This document shows positions 12,690-27,040 of a DNA stretch of 64,000 bases, one piece after another. Position numbers and translations under genes: made by a program. The stretch's first letter is position 1; every line of letters begins with the position of its first letter. Under the pieces are notes generated by a model. That model had not been told where the DNA came from, did not search any database, and saw nothing but the letters and a program-made list of their open reading frames with translations. The stretch spans positions 12,152,001 through 12,216,000 of the forward strand of contig NC_086112.1 in the NCBI RefSeq assembly GCF_963921235.1, written 5' to 3'. This DNA is from Mobula hypostoma. Taxonomy: Eukaryota.

Positions 12690-12945
12690 TTGTTTATTCA
12701 TTTATTTATTGATATTTGAGCCACACTGTCCAGCAATCCCCCGATTTAACCCTAGCCTAATCATGGGACAATTTACAATGACCAACTAACCTACCATCTG
12801 GTATGACTGCAGTCTGAGGGAGGAAACTGAAGCACCCGGAGGAAACCCACGCTTCACAGGGAGAACATACAAACTTCTTACAGGCAGCGGCAGGAATTGA
12901 ACCCGGGCCACTGGTGTTGTGCTGACTACTGGGCTGTGCTGCGTT
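12690..12945 (-). mobile_element. V-SINE/HE1-like SINE
   Basis: gggaggaaactgaagcacccggaggaaacccac core and B-box ggaattgaacccggg in reverse. Confidence 0.7.
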
Positions 12946-13309
12946 CTCACTGTGTTAAAAATATGACTTTATTCTCCCAATCTTTTATTTTGTATTAAAA
13001 TATGATGGAATTTCTTGTCACCTTCACTTGCAGACATTTACAATCCATGTAAGCTAGTGTTAAGTCTTTTCAGTATTGATGGCAGAGTGCAAAGTAGGGG
13101 TCGGATCAGTCACAGATATAGTTCAAATGCTCAGATCTAAAGACAACAATTTGAGAACTTTGGTGGTTCTCATCACAAAACCACACAAAGATTATTGGCT
13201 AAGTGCTGAATGAAATAATAAAAAAATAATTGTTGCTGTAATCAGTCATAGAACATGATTGTTCTGCAAAAGGAGTACACGCAAATTTGTGAAGCATTTC
13301 ATATTTATT

Positions 13310-13595
13310 TGGGGGACTACGGTAGCACAACACTATTACAATTCAGGACGTGAGAGTTCAGAGTTCAATTCTGGCATCACCTATAAGGAGTCTGTACGTC
13401 CTCCCCATGGAATGTGTGGGTTTTCTTTGGGTGCTCCAGTTTCCTCCCACAGTCCAAAGACATACCAGTTAGTAGGTTAATTGGTCATTGTAAATTGTCC
13501 CATGATTAGGCTAGGGTTAAATCAGGAGTTGCTGGGCACACGGCTCGAAGGGCTGGAAGGGCTTATTCTATGCTATATCTCTAAATAAATAAACA
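13310..13595 (+). mobile_element. V-SINE/HE1-like SINE
   Basis: gagttcaattc B-box, gggtgctccagtttcctcccacagtccaaagac core, (taaa)n tail. Confidence 0.75.
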
Positions 13596-14779
13596 TAGAA
13601 TGATACATCACAGGGACAAGTCTTCTGGCCCACACTATTTGTGCCTTACATGATGCATACTAAACTAATCCCTTCTGCTCACAAATGATTGATATCCCTT
13701 CATTCCCTGCATATTCATGTGCCTTGGTACACATGCTCAGTATATAACACCTTTTATTGAAAATCTCCACCTAAGTTGTCATTTACTTAATAATAGATCA
13801 CAGAGTCATAGGAAAGTACAACACAGAAACAGGTCATTCGTCCTATCTAGTCCATGTTAAATCATTTAAACTGCCTAATCCCATCAACCTGTGCTGGGAC
13901 CATAATCGTTCAAAAATATTATTCATATTCGTATCAGTATTGGTTTATTTGTGTCATGTGTCAAAATACAGTGAAAAGTTTGTTCTGTACACTGCTCATA
14001 CAGACCTAATCATAACACAGTGCAGTGAGGTAGAATAAGGTAAAACTACAGCAATGCAGAATGAAGTGTAAAAGCTCCTGAAAGAGTGTAGTGTAGGTAA
14101 TAAAGTAATAATGTGCATGATCATATTGTGGTAGATTGTGAGGCCAAGAGTCCATCTCATTGTACAAGAGGTCTGTTTACAAGTCTGATAACAGTGAGGT
14201 AAAAGCAGTCCTTCAGTTTCATAGAGACTGTAGTGAAAATAGCAAATAGACTAAGTGCTAATATACATGAATTCTAAATATCAGAAATTCAGCCAATTTC
14301 TGGTTATTTTCTAAAGGAAAAAAATTAAAAAACAGATTTCATAGAAGCATAATTCGATACAGCAATGAAGAAGGCCTTTTGACCAACATGGCTATGCCAA
14401 CTCTTTCATACAGCCAAAATCTTTTCCCCATAGACTTACAAAGTTCTTTCCATCAATCCAATTCCATTACAAAAACTCCTGTTGAATTCGTTCCATCACT
14501 CTTTCAATCAGTACATCCCAAATCACAAAAGCTCATTGTATAAAGAACTGCTTCCTCATGTTACCTCTGGTCCTTTTGCCAATCACCTTAAACCTGTGTC
14601 CGAATGTTCCTGCATTTGGCCAGTGAAAGTAGCTTCTAAACTTAAGTTATGAAAACAAATTCCTATGGATGTAATAAATTGAAAATATAAACATAAATTC
14701 CAGAAATACTCAACAGTTCGAGTAGCATCTAAGTAGAAAGAAGCACTTAATCCTTCAGACAGAAGTTGTTTCATCAGAA

Positions 14780-15125
14780 AAGGCATAGATCGAGCAGTCA
14801 GCCAGAGACTTTTTCCAAGGGTGGAAATGGCTAATGCAAAGGGGCATAATTTTAAAGAGATTGGAGGAAAGTATTGGTGGAATATCAGAGGTAAGTCTTT
14901 TACACAGAGAGTGGTAAGTGCATGGAGTGTCCTGCCAGGTGTGGTGATAGGGGCAGATATATTAGAGACATTTAAGAAACTCGTAGATAGGCATATAGAT
15001 AATAGAAAAATTGAGGGCTATGTCAGAGGGAAGGGTTAGATTGATCTCGGAGCATATTAAAAGTTTGTTACAGCATTGTGGGCCATAGGGCCTGTACTGT
15101 GCTGTAATGTTCTATGTTCTACGTA
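14780..15125 (+). mobile_element. CR1 3' fragment
   Basis: ORF FTQRVVSAWSVLP...FKKLVD and a (gttctat)n tail. Confidence 0.85.
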
Positions 15126-15424
15126 GAATTGGAAAAGGTAAAAGATAATCAAGCTGAGAAATGGAGGAAGGGAAAAAGAGAAGAAAACAAGAAGGAAAGA
15201 GCACGAGAGAGTACTAAGTAGGAGAGATTAATTAACTGATGGAACTGAAGCAAAATGGCAATAGGACAATAAAATCAGAAAAAAAGAGTTTGATTTAGAA
15301 AAGGTATAAATGGGAGAAATAGATACATTATCCATAATTTCAAAATGAAAATAATGTCACTGCTGGAAGTCTGAAATACAACAGAAAACCTTTGAAATTC
15401 TGCGACCTAACATTTTTATATTCA

Positions 15425-16140
15425 AGCAATACACACAAAATGCTGGAGGAACTCAGCAGGTCAGGCTGCATCCATGGAAGTGAACAGTCAATATTTTGAG
15501 CTGAGACCCTTCTTCAGGACTGAAAAAGAAAGGGGAAGATGCCAGAATATAAAGATGGGGGAGGGGAACGAGGATAGCTGGAAGGTGATAGGTGCAGCCA
15601 GGTGGGTAGGGAAGGTAAAGGGCTGGAGAGGAAGGAATCTAATAGGCGAGGAGAGTGGTTCATTGAAAGAGAGGGAAGGAAGAGGGGACCCAGGGGGAAG
15701 TGATAGGTAGGTGAGAAGAGGCAAGAGGCCAGAGTCAGGAATAGAAGAAGAGGGGAGGGGGAGGGAAATTTTTTTGACTGAAAGGAGAAATTGATGTTCA
15801 TGCCATCAGGTTGGAGGCTACCCAGACAGAAAATAAACTGTTGCTCCTCCATTCTGAGGGTTGCTTCATCTTCGCACAAGAGGAGCCCATGGACCAACAT
15901 GTCTGAACGGGAATGAGAATTAATATGTTTGGTCACTGGGAAGTTTTCTGCTTTTAGCAGATAGTGTGGAGGAGCTCGACGAAGCAGTCTTCCAATTTAT
16001 GATGAGTCTCATCAACATACAGGAAGCTGCACTAAGAGCACTAGACACAATAGACCAAAGATTTACAGGTTAAGTGTTGTAAGTTAACTGTTTGGGGCCC
16101 TGGAGGTGAGGGAGGAGATATGTGGGCAGGCCTTGAATAT
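15425..16140 (-). mobile_element. Penelope 3' fragment (GIY-YIG C-terminus plus pLTR)
   Basis: Minus ORF ...HSRSDMLVHGLLLCEDEATLRMEEQQFIFCLGSLQPDGMNINF, homologous to 46704-47171. Confidence 0.85.
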
Positions 16141-17320
16141 GGGCAGGTGATAAATTTGGAACAAGGTCATAAAACTAATCTCAAAAGCATCATGTGTCTT
16201 AGATTGTAGTGTATTAACAATATAAAGACACATGGGATACTCAGCTGAATTGAGACACTAAGAGCCAGCAAAGGATATAAACAGATTAATTGAGTGGGCA
16301 AAAATTGGCAGATAGAATGTTCTGCAGAAATGTGAGGTCATTTACTTTGGTGGGAAGAAAAGAAAATCAGATTATTCAAATTGTGTAAAACTCTGAATGC
16401 TGGTATTCAGAGAGATCTTAGTATACTTCTCCAAGAATCACAAAAAGCTGGCAGGCAGGAGAACAAGTAATTAGGAAAACACATGAGGTGTTGGTCTTTA
16501 TTGTGAGGGAAGGGAGCACGTAAATAGGGAAGCTACAGTTCAGTGAGACCACACCTGAAGTATTGCTCCTCTAGCAGGAAGGATAGAAGCCCAGATGCAG
16601 ATTCCAGGTATGAAGAGGTTACCTTAGGTTGGAGGATTAAGCAGAGTGAGCCTAAAAAGAAAGTAATCTTTCTGAAGCAGATAGAAATTTGTCAAGAGTA
16701 TTTCCTTTCGTGGGAAATTTAAAACTGGTGTACACAGCTACAGAACCTGAGGTCAACCATTTAACACTAAGAAGACAAACATTTTTTTCTCAAGTCCTTG
16801 TCTTTTTTACACTAGGTAGCTGTAATTATATGTATATCTCAGCCTGAAACATACCCAGACTTTTAATTTTGAGGAGTTATGGGACCAAGTAGGAAGGTGG
16901 AATTAATGCCTAGATTAGTTCAGCAATAATCTTATTGAAGGACTGAGATTCAAGGAGCAATATAATCACAAGACTCCTGAACCAGCCTATACAACTTCAT
17001 TTGCCACAATAACAGAATGATCATTGAACACACCCTTTGGACTCACTTTTAAGGACTCTACTACTCATGTTCTGTTTTATTTCTTATTTATTCATTTATT
17101 ATTACTATTACTTGTTTCTTTTCGCATTTGCACAATTTTTCAGTTTTGTGTGCAGTTTTTCATTGATTCTGTTGTACTTCTTTGTTCTACTGGGAATGCC
17201 TGCAAGAAAATGAATCTCATGATAGTATGTGGTGACATATACGTACTTTGATAATAAATTTACTCTGAACTTTTATGAGCGATCTTTCATCCATTTTGTC
17301 TGGACCAAATCTTACTTACA

Positions 17321-17402
17321 GCAACACACATAAAAAATGCTGGTGAAATTTTTTATGTGTGTTGCTTGAACTTCCAGCATCTGCAGATTTCCTCGTGTTT
17401 GC
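17321..17402. mobile_element. 82-bp Penelope pLTR-end mini-insertion
   Basis: Inverted gcaacacacataaaaaat/attttttatgtgtgttgc; 12-bp TSD atcttacttaca at 17309-17320 and 17403-17414. Confidence 0.8.
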
Positions 17403-18419
17403 ATCTTACTTACAACAGTTGGTTCATAGCCCTCAGAATTCTTACTTGCACATCCAAGTGCTGAGTAAATCTGCCTCTACTATCTACCCCCATCACCCAG
17501 TGGTAATGAACACAGGTCTGTTCTATTTACTCCATCCATATCACTCATAATTTTATATCCTTCAATAAATCAGACTCCCTGATCCAAAAAAAAGCTTTAT
17601 CTGATCTTTACTTTGCTGACTGCTGAGTGCTTTAGGCATTTCTGTTTTCATTGCAGTTCTTTTAAAATTTTAAACTGTAACTCAGAAGAGATAGCAATAA
17701 CATGCCCATCACCAAAATCAAACCTACTAGCTCCCCACCTTTCAGAGCTACAAAACACCATTAGCAGTTCCCTAGTTCTCCTTCCTCATGGTCAATTGCC
17801 GCACCACCACTGAGGACATCTTCAAAAGGCACCTCAAGAAGGTGGCATCCATCACTTAGGACCCTCACAATCCAGCACATCTTCTTCTTCTTACTCACTG
17901 AGGAGGAACAAGAGCCTGAAGACACACACTCTACTTTTTAGTAACAGCTTCTGCCTCTCTGCCATCAGATTTTTGAACAGTCCATGAACTCAATCTCACT
18001 ATCTTGCTCTTTTCTTATTGTAATTTACAGCAATTTTACTGTATGTATTGCCCTGTACTGTTGCAGCAAATTTCACAAAAATATCGATCAATCATAATAA
18101 ACTTAATTCTGATTCTGAAGCCACTCCTGGCCAGAACAGATTGAAGATTCTCGTTCAGAGTTTCATCCCTCGCTTCCTTCAACAGCCAGGAAATATACCT
18201 TCCTGAAAATTTATCCATTTTTGCAAAACCAAAAGTGCTAAACCAAAACTCGTTTTCTTACTCTATTTGCCCCATTCAACCATTCACCCAGCTTCCATAT
18301 CCTTCTTTCATGAAGATTGGCTTCATTATAATCCATAGCCATCTAATAGGCAACCTGTAACACATATAGATTATCTGTTAGGATTTATTCTTTCATTCTT
18401 TCATTACTGCTCTTTATGC

Positions 18420-19830
18420 CCAAGAAACGTACCTGCCTCAATGACTATCACCGAGTAGCACTTACATCCACTGTGATGGAAGTGTTTTGAGAGGATGCTA
18501 ATGAAACATATCAATTCCTACCTAAGAAGCAACTTAGATCTGCTCCAATTTGTCTCTTTATTGACTACAGTTCAGGATTCAATCCCATCATCCCCTCAAA
18601 ACTAATCAATAAGCTCCAAGACCTTGGTCTCAAGACCTCTTTGAGCAATTGGATCCCGGATTTCCTCACTTGGAGACCCCAGTCACTTTGGATTGGCAAC
18701 AACATCTCCTCCACAATCTCCATCAGCACAGGTGTACCACAAGTCTATGTGCTTAGTCTCCTGCTGTACTCATCTTACACTTACGACTCCGTGGCTAAGC
18801 ACAGCTCCAATGCCATATTCAAGTTTACTGATGGCACACCATTGTCATAGGCTGAATTAAAGGTAGTGATGAATCAGCATATAGGAGGGATCATGAAAAT
18901 CTGACTAAGTGCATCATAACAACTTCTCATTTAATGTTAGCAAGACCAAGGAGCTGGTTATAGATTTCAGGAGAAGGAAACCAGAGGTCCATGATCCAGT
19001 CCTCACTGGAGGATCAGAAGTGCGAAGAGTTAGCAACTTTAAATTCCTAGGTGTTACTATTTCAGATGATCTGTCCTGGGCAAGCACGCAAGTGCAATTA
19101 TGAAGAAAATACGGCAGCACCTCTACTTCCTCAGGAATTTGCAGTGATTTGGCATGACATCTAAAACTGATAAACTTCTATAAATGTGTAGCGGAAAGTA
19201 TACTTATTAACTGGCTGCATCACAGCCTGGTATGGAAATACCAATGCCCTTGAATGGAAAATGCTACAAAAAATAGTGGTTACAGCCCAGCCCATCACAG
19301 ATGAAGCCCTCCCAACTATTGAGCATATCTGCATGAAACACTGTCACAGGTCAGCAGCATCCATCATCAGGGACCCAAACCGCCCAGGACATGCTCTCTT
19401 CATGCTGCTACCATCTTGAAAAAGGTACAAGAGCCTCAGGATTCACATCACCAGGTTCTGGTACAGATACTACCTCTCAACCATCAGGCTCTTGAATCAA
19501 AGGTGATAACTTCACTCAACTTCACTTGTCCCATCATTGAAATCTTCCCACAACCAACAGACTCACTTTCAAGGACTCTTCATCTCGTGTTCTGAATATT
19601 TATTGCTTATTTATTTATTATTTTTGTTTCTTCTTTTTCCATTTGCACATTTTTATTGTCTCCTGCACTCTGGTTGAATACCCTAGTTGGGCAGTCTTTC
19701 CTTGGTTCTTTTATGGCTATTATTCTATAGTTTTTTTAAGTATACCCATAAGAAAATGAATCTCAGGGTTGTATATGGTGACATATACGTACTTTGATAA
19801 TAAATTTACTTTGAACTTTCTACTTTGAAA
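18420..19830 (+). mobile_element. Rex1/Babar LINE, 5'-truncated and decayed
   Basis: RT remnants [13 protein letters not shown]...STGVPQ, NVSKTKELVIDFRR, FKFLGVTISDDLSW; 3' tail aataaatttactttgaa. Confidence 0.9.
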
Positions 19831-20129
19831 TACCTTTGGATTTTCTTGGATTTAATTGCCAGAACCGTTTGAAGCACATCCTTACCTTCCAAATTTCCCA
19901 TCCAACACTTCCCCTTCAGGTTTTCTGCATTATTAAACTTGTGTCTGACAGAAGTTTCCAATTTGGCCTAACTCACCCCTGCATTCTGCAACCTATTCTT
20001 TTCCATGCTTAACTTGAACTAATCACTGTTCTGACAATGATGGCTTGTCTATTTCTGCTCGTTTCTTATGTTTTTATGATAGGTAATGAAAACCAATTTC
20101 CCCCGAGATCAGTAAAGTATGACTATGAC

Positions 20130-21450
20130 TATAGAACATAGAATAGTTCTGCACCATACAGGCCCTTCAGCCCACAATATTGTATCAACCTTTTAACCTA
20201 CTCCAAGATCAATCTAACCCTTCCTCCCTACATAGCCCTCCATTTTTCTGTCATCCATGTGCCTTTTTAAGATTCTCTTAAATGTTCCTAATGTACCTGC
20301 CTCTACCAATACCCTTGAACGTGTGTTCCATGTACCCACCACTCTCTATGTAAAAAAACTACCTCTCCCTCTTATCCTGTAAAGATGGTACTGGCGAAAC
20401 ATGGCAATGTTTTCCAGATAGCTAACAAAAACTACTAACAATTCTACCAAATATACTTTTTTGAGACTACAACCACTGCAGTCCTAAACCTGTAGTTTCC
20501 CGCTGAGTGGTGTGATTTTAAATGGTCTGTAAGACCTGGCATTTTTGCGGTATCCTGAAATATTCAGTGAACTAAACTCTTGAGAATGCAAGTACAGCTG
20601 TGGCAGCCATTGCTGGAGTGGTTTTGAAGTTAGACTGAAACTTCAGGCGAGACTGAAGCGGCAGAGCCTGGACCCGAGAGTGGAAAATAAACCGATGTTT
20701 AGCCGATTTAAGCAGGAGCCAAATTAAAAAGATTAAGACGTCAAGGCCAATGGCAAGGAATGAACTAGTGTTCAGCTCATTATTCAATGAGGCTTTACTC
20801 ACCCCAGCACTGAACTGGCTCCGTGGCTGTGGACTCACTTACGGGAACTCCTAAGTTCAGAGTCTGTGATCCGTTTGTTTTTTTTTATTATTTGCACAGA
20901 TTCGTTCTTTCTTCTTTGCACATTGGATGTTTGACTGTCTTTGTGGTGTGGGTTTTTTTGTGAATTCCACTGTGTTTCTTTGTTTTGTGACAGCACTGTA
21001 AGATGAATCTTAAGGTTTTATATGATTACATAGTTTGATAATAAATGTACTTCGCACTGACATCCCCCTACACTTCCCTCTAATCACCTTAAAATTATGC
21101 CCCCTCGTAATAGCCATTTCTGTCTAAGAAAAAGGTCTCTGGCTGTCCACTCCTTGATCTATGCCTCTTATTATCTTGTAACAAGTCACCTCTCATCCTC
21201 CTTCACTCCAAAGAGAAAAGGCCTAGCTTGCTCAACCTATCCTCATAGGGCATGCTCTCCAATCCAGGCAGCAACCCAGTAAACCTCCTCTGCACCCTCT
21301 CTAAAACTTCTACATCCTTCCTGTAATGAGGTGACCAGAACTGAACACAATATTCCAATATTCCACAATATTACCTTGCAGCTCTGGAACTCAATTCCCC
21401 CGACTAATGAAGGCCAACACTCCATACACCTTCCTAACCACACTGTCAAC
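20130..21450 (-). mobile_element. CR1 3' fragment interrupted by a plus-strand Rex-tailed non-autonomous element (about 20381-21052)
   Basis: CR1 tail at 20130 resumes at 21057; the insert begins aagatgg and ends gataataaatgtactt. Confidence 0.65.
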
Positions 21451-23431
21451 TATGTTTTTAGGATGTTTCAGATTTAGCAATGAATTATCATTGACACAAA
21501 TTTACAGATGCATATCATAATCCAATAATGAGGAAACGTGTAGGAGTAGAACAAAGAATATTCCACACATTACACAAAGAGACAGTCACAGTTTGGAGCC
21601 CATGTAAGTTCCCATGGCAACATTCATTTCCTCTAAATATTGCTATTTAATAAATACCACACAACTATTGTGTTGGCAAGTTATTGGCCACAACAAGAGG
21701 CTTTATATGATAACATACTCTGTCTCCCAGGAACAGATGAAACACAAGAATCAGAGGCACTTGGTTAGTTTTTTTGAAAATTAATGTTGCTTGTATTATT
21801 AAGGCAACAAAGACTGCAAGTTGACTGAAGTCCAAGTGAATATATGTTAAAGTCAAACAAAATCAGCACTGTTGTTAAAAGTCCAGAGTCATCCGAATTT
21901 TGTCTTGCATGCAACAATTTGTGCTGTTAAAAATTGTTTATGTTCTATAAGGTTAACATGTGGTGAAATAACAAACGACAGTTCACATCAGGATTTGTCT
22001 GACGAAATGTTTGCCCAGCCTGTTCTTCAACACATTCATTATACACAGGGAAGATGAGAATATTAGGATGACACCAATGTCTTTTTCTTCATTTTGATGT
22101 TACATCATTATCGGATTAAACTACTGTGTCTTCCCTCTTGCAGGAAAGAATTACTTTACAGAAGACCTGACTCAACTGAGCTCAACACATCAATTGGTTC
22201 ACTGGTTTATTGGCGAGATCAACAGCAGGGCAGCTGCATAGCCTAGGTTGTAGTGAGGAATATGGCTCATTCTATGGGTTTGCCTGTTGCAAAAGTCCAG
22301 GAGGGGAGACACCGGAGGTGGTGTGGCGTGGCATCCATGCTGGAATGGGGGCTGGCCTCTCCCATCAGTGCTGCTCTCCAGTATTCGCTCGGTATAAATC
22401 AAGGTGGATGCGTGCATGCATTCACCTACAGACTGCTGAGAACTGCTGACGACACCCATACACCATCACTTTATAAGACATGTCACCCAGAAACATTGGG
22501 GACAAAGAATCCAGTGCAAATGAGGACATAAAATACATTACCATTACTAAAAAAAACCCAGAAAACTAGCAAATTAATATGGTTTGTCTTCAGAAAAATC
22601 ATGACTACTTGATGTGGAGAGGAAGTCTGTCCTTGTGAGAGAAAACAGAACAAGATGGTCTCTGATTGTTCACTTCAATAAGGTGAGATTTTTTTTTTCC
22701 AGAGAAGGTTGCAAGTCTTTGTAGGTTACAGTTAAAGGACAGTGGAATCACCCCTTCAATATTTTTAAGGCAGTGGAATGCAAGGTTAGTAGATGTGGCA
22801 GGGAATGCAGAGTCATAATCAAATCACCATAATCTGGATTAAATGGTGGATCAAACTTGAGCATCTTACAAATGCTTGTAATTTGTGTGTTCAAACCTTC
22901 ATAAAGACAGGCTGTGGAGGAAGCCATAAAAAATCTAGAGGTGTCCAGTTCCTTAGCAAAAACAAATATGTTGAACAGTTCTTAAATTCTGAGATATTGG
23001 GAAAGGCTAAAATGCAATTAAGAAAGCACATGGCACCCTCTCTTTTATTGCTAATGAATCTGAGTACAAGAAAAAGTTGTCATACTACAAATATATAAGG
23101 CCTTGATAAAACCACACTTGGAATACTGTGCACAATGTTGGTTTCCTCACTAAAATAGGGGACACTTATTATGGAAAGAATACAGTGAAGATTCATCAGA
23201 TTGATTCCTGGAACAGTGTAGTTCTCATGAAAAGAAACCAAGTAAGCTGAGCCTCAATTCTCCAGAGTTTACAAAAACAGAAGCTGTCGCTAAGAACAAA
23301 TTCTTGGAAGATTTGGCAGGGTGGATGTAGGGAGGAAGTTTCAAGGAACCTAGAACCAGGGCTCACATCTAAAAATTAAAAAGCAGGACAATTAGAATTG
23401 AAATGAGAGGCAATCTCTTCATTCAGAGAAT

Positions 23432-24665
23432 ATAGAACATAACAGGATAGGAACAGGCCCTTTGGCCAAGAATGTTGTGCCGAACCAATTAAATTAGCAA
23501 TCAAATGGCTTACTAATCCCTTCAGCCCACACAATGTCCATATCCTTCTATTTTCCTCACATTCATATGTCTATCTAAATGTCTCTACAAAGTTCCTAAT
23601 GTTTCTATCTCTACCAACACCACAGGCGGTGCAATTCAGGCACCCACCACTCTCTGTGATTAAAAAAACTTACCCATCACATCCCCCTTGAACCTACCCC
23701 CTCTCACCGTTAGTGCATGCCCTCTGGTATTAGATATTTCAACCCTTGAAAAAATATACTGTCTGCCTACTTTATCTATGCCTCTCATAATCATATAAAC
23801 CTCTAGTGGATCTCCCCTCAGCTCCAGAGAAAACAACACAGGTTTGTCCATCCTCTCGTTATAGCTCATGCCTTTGAATCTAGGCAGCATCCTGATAAAC
23901 CTCTTCTGCACCCTTTCCAAAGACTCGACATCCTCCCTATAATGGGGTGACCAAAACTGTATGCAATACTACAGATGTTAGCTAACTAGAGTTTTATAAA
24001 GCTGCAGCATAACTTCCTGACTTTTGAACTCAATGCCTCAACTAATAAAGGCATGCAGCCATATTATTTCTTAACCACCCTATCAACCTGTGAAGCCAAT
24101 TCAGGGAGCTGTGAACTTGGACTGAAAACTCCCTCTGCTGTTGAGGATCTTGCTCTAAAAAGCATGCTTTCTCTTACATTGGACCTACCTAGGTGCAACA
24201 CTTCACATTTGACCATGTTAAGCTTGATCTGCCATTTCTCCACCAATCTCTGCAATTGATCTATATCCTGTTGTACTCTTTACCAGTCTTCTACCACCAA
24301 TCTTCGCATCATCTGCAAACTAACTAACCTACATTTTCATCCAGGTCATTTATATATGTCACAAACAGCAGAGGTCTCAACACTGATCCCTGCAGAACAC
24401 CACTAATAACAGACCTCCGCTAGAATAAGTCCTTGTCAAATGCCTTAGTAAGATCCATGTAGACAATATCCACAGCTCTACCTTCATCAATCACCCTCAT
24501 CACGATATCAAAACACTCAAGTTAGTAAGACACGACTTGCCCCACACAAAGCTATACTAGCTCTTCCTAATTAGGCCATGGTCATAAATTCTACCCCTAA
24601 GAATTCTCTCTAGTAACTTCCCTATCACTGGCACGGGACTCACTAGTGTATAGTTTCCAGGATTA
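23432..24665 (-). mobile_element. CR1 LINE 3' portion
   Basis: ORFs ERVQKRFIRMLP...RGDPLEVYMIMRGID and KWQIKLNMVKCEVLHLG. Confidence 0.9.
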
Positions 24666-24890
24666 TCTCAAATGAAGAGATAAATCAGATGAAGATCAAA
24701 TGAAGCGTCCTTGAAAGTAAGCCCATAGGTTGTGGGAACAGTTCAGTGATGGGGCAAGTGAAGTTATCTTCACTGGTTCAAGAGTTTGCTGGTTGAGGGT
24801 TAAATGCTTGCAATATTTTAATTCCTGTTTTGCCATTACAGTATCTCAATTATAATGGTTTACAATTCCAACAACAATGGGAATCACATA

Positions 24891-26453
24891 CAGTGCCTTG
24901 AAAAAGTATTCAGCCCCCACAACTACTTTCATATTGTATTGTCTTATTTTTCTAAATTGAAAATATATTAAAGTTGGATTTTTCAGCTAATCTACAAAAC
25001 ATTGTGCATCATGTCAAATCAAAAGGAATATTCCAAAACCTGTCAACAATTGACTAAAAAGTTAAAAACCAAAATTGCTAAGCTGAAAAAGTATTAATTC
25101 GGTTTGTAATTACCATGCTAACTTTCTTCAGGTGCAATACTGTATATTACCTTACCAACTCATCCAAGTTGTTGATGTAAAAAAATTGGAGGATCATCTG
25201 TTTTCAATTAATTCATAAAAATAAATACCCCATCTCTCTGTAGGGTCCAACAGTATGCTAGATTTTCAACAAGCCAAACCAAAATGCAGACAAGCCAAAC
25301 CAAAATGCAGACAAGGAAGCATTCAAGACAAGGCAGGGAAATGATAATAGAGAAGCAGAAATCTGGGGCAAGGTAGAAGACCATCTCAAGTCCATCCTGA
25401 AAAAGTGGAAAAAATATGAAACCACAGCCACACTGCTGAGGTCAAGCCACCCCTCTAAACTTAGTCACTGGAGAAGAATAGCATTTGTAAGAGAGGTTAC
25501 TGTGCTGCCAACAGTCACTCTGAGGGAATTGCAGAAGTTAATGGCTACAACTGGAGATGAAGTTCTCTAAGTTCTTGAAGTTCCACAACCTCTAAGGCCT
25601 TGTACATAATGGGCATTTATGGTAGAGTGGCAAGGAAGAAGCCCTGGCCAAAAACAAAAAGCATATCCTTGCACTTAAAGATTTTGTAAAGCACCACTTA
25701 GAAGATACTATAAATATGTGGAAAAAGTTCTTGTGATCAGATGAGACTAGAGTGCATCAGCCAGGTAACACCATCCCTACTGTAAAGTATGGAGAGGTAG
25801 CCTCATGCTAGAGGGATGCTTTTCAGCAGCAGGGACTGAAAATCTGATCATGTTTGATGGGAAGATGAATACTGCTAAAAACAGAGAGATCCTGCATAAA
25901 AACCTGCCAGCCTCTAATTCAAGGCTTAAACTGGGGAGGAAACTTGTTTTACAGCTGGGCAATGACCCAAAGCACACTATCATATCAACCATGCAGCGGC
26001 TTCAAATGAAGAGAATTGATGCTCTTGAGTGGCCTAGTCAGAGTCATGGTCTTAATCGATCGAACATCTCTGGTAAGACTGCTTTCCACTGTGGTTCCCC
26101 AACTAATCTTGCACAGTTTGAGCAATTTTGCAAAGAGCCATGTGCAAACCTTGCTCAATCACACAGAGTAAAGCTAATAGAGACTTAGCCAAAAAGACTA
26201 CTGGCTGTAGTAGCTGCAAGGGGTGGTTCAAATAAGTACTGAGAATAGGGAGATGAATACTTTTGAAATACTGATAGCTCAATTTTTGTATTTTTAGTTT
26301 TTCATGTTTTACAATTTTCCCTGATTTTGAGCTCTACTATGAAAAAGGAGCATGTGATTCACAAATAAAAATTCTCAGTTAAATTGATCAAAATCCCTGG
26401 TTGTAACACTCATACAAACAAAGGGTGGAGGCTAAATACTTTTACCAGCACTG
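24891..26453 (+). mobile_element. Tc1-family DNA transposon, IR/DR type, decayed transposase
   Basis: TA TSDs at 24889-24890 and 26454-26455; TIR CAGTGCCTTGAAAAAGTATTCAGCCCC and GGAGGCTAAATACTTTTACCAGCACTG; inner direct repeats near 25082 and 26252; GNDPKH...LEWPSQSHGLNR corresponds to the DD34E QDNDPKH/WPSQSPDLNPIE motifs. Confidence 0.92.
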
Positions 26454-26749
26454 TAGCAGTAATAACTTTACATGTTGGTATTGGTTTATTATTCTCACAT
26501 GTACCAAGGCACAGTGAAAAGCTTGCTTGCAAATTGTTGATGCAGATCAAATCATTACTCAGTGCATTGAGCCAGACTAACGTAAAACAATAACAATGCA
26601 GAATAAAATGAAAAAAACTACCAAAAAAGTGCACTGCAGGCAAACAATGAAGTGCAAGGTTATAATGAGGTTGATTGTCAGGCCAAAAGTCCATCCTATC
26701 GTACAAAAGGTCCATTCAAGAGGACAGATCAATGGGATAGATGCATTTA

Positions 26750-27040
26750 AGGTGCGACTGTAGTGCAGCAGTTACCACAACGGTATTACAGCTCAGGGCA
26801 TCGGAAATTCAGAGTTCAATACCAGCACTGCACACTGTATAAGGAGTTTTTATGTTCTCCCCTGTCTAAAGAGTTTGTACATGCTCCAGTTTCCTCTCAC
26901 AGTCCAAAGACATACCGGTTAATAGGTTCATTATAAATAGTCCTGTCATTAGGCGAGTGTTAAGTAGGTGAGCTGCTGGGTGGTGCAGCTTGTTGGGCCC
27001 AAAGGGCCTGTTCTGCACTGTATCTCTAAATAAAATAAAA
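26750..27040 (+). mobile_element. V-SINE/HE1-like SINE
   Basis: tRNA-like head, tgctccagtttcctctcacagtccaaagac core, taaa tail. Confidence 0.7.
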
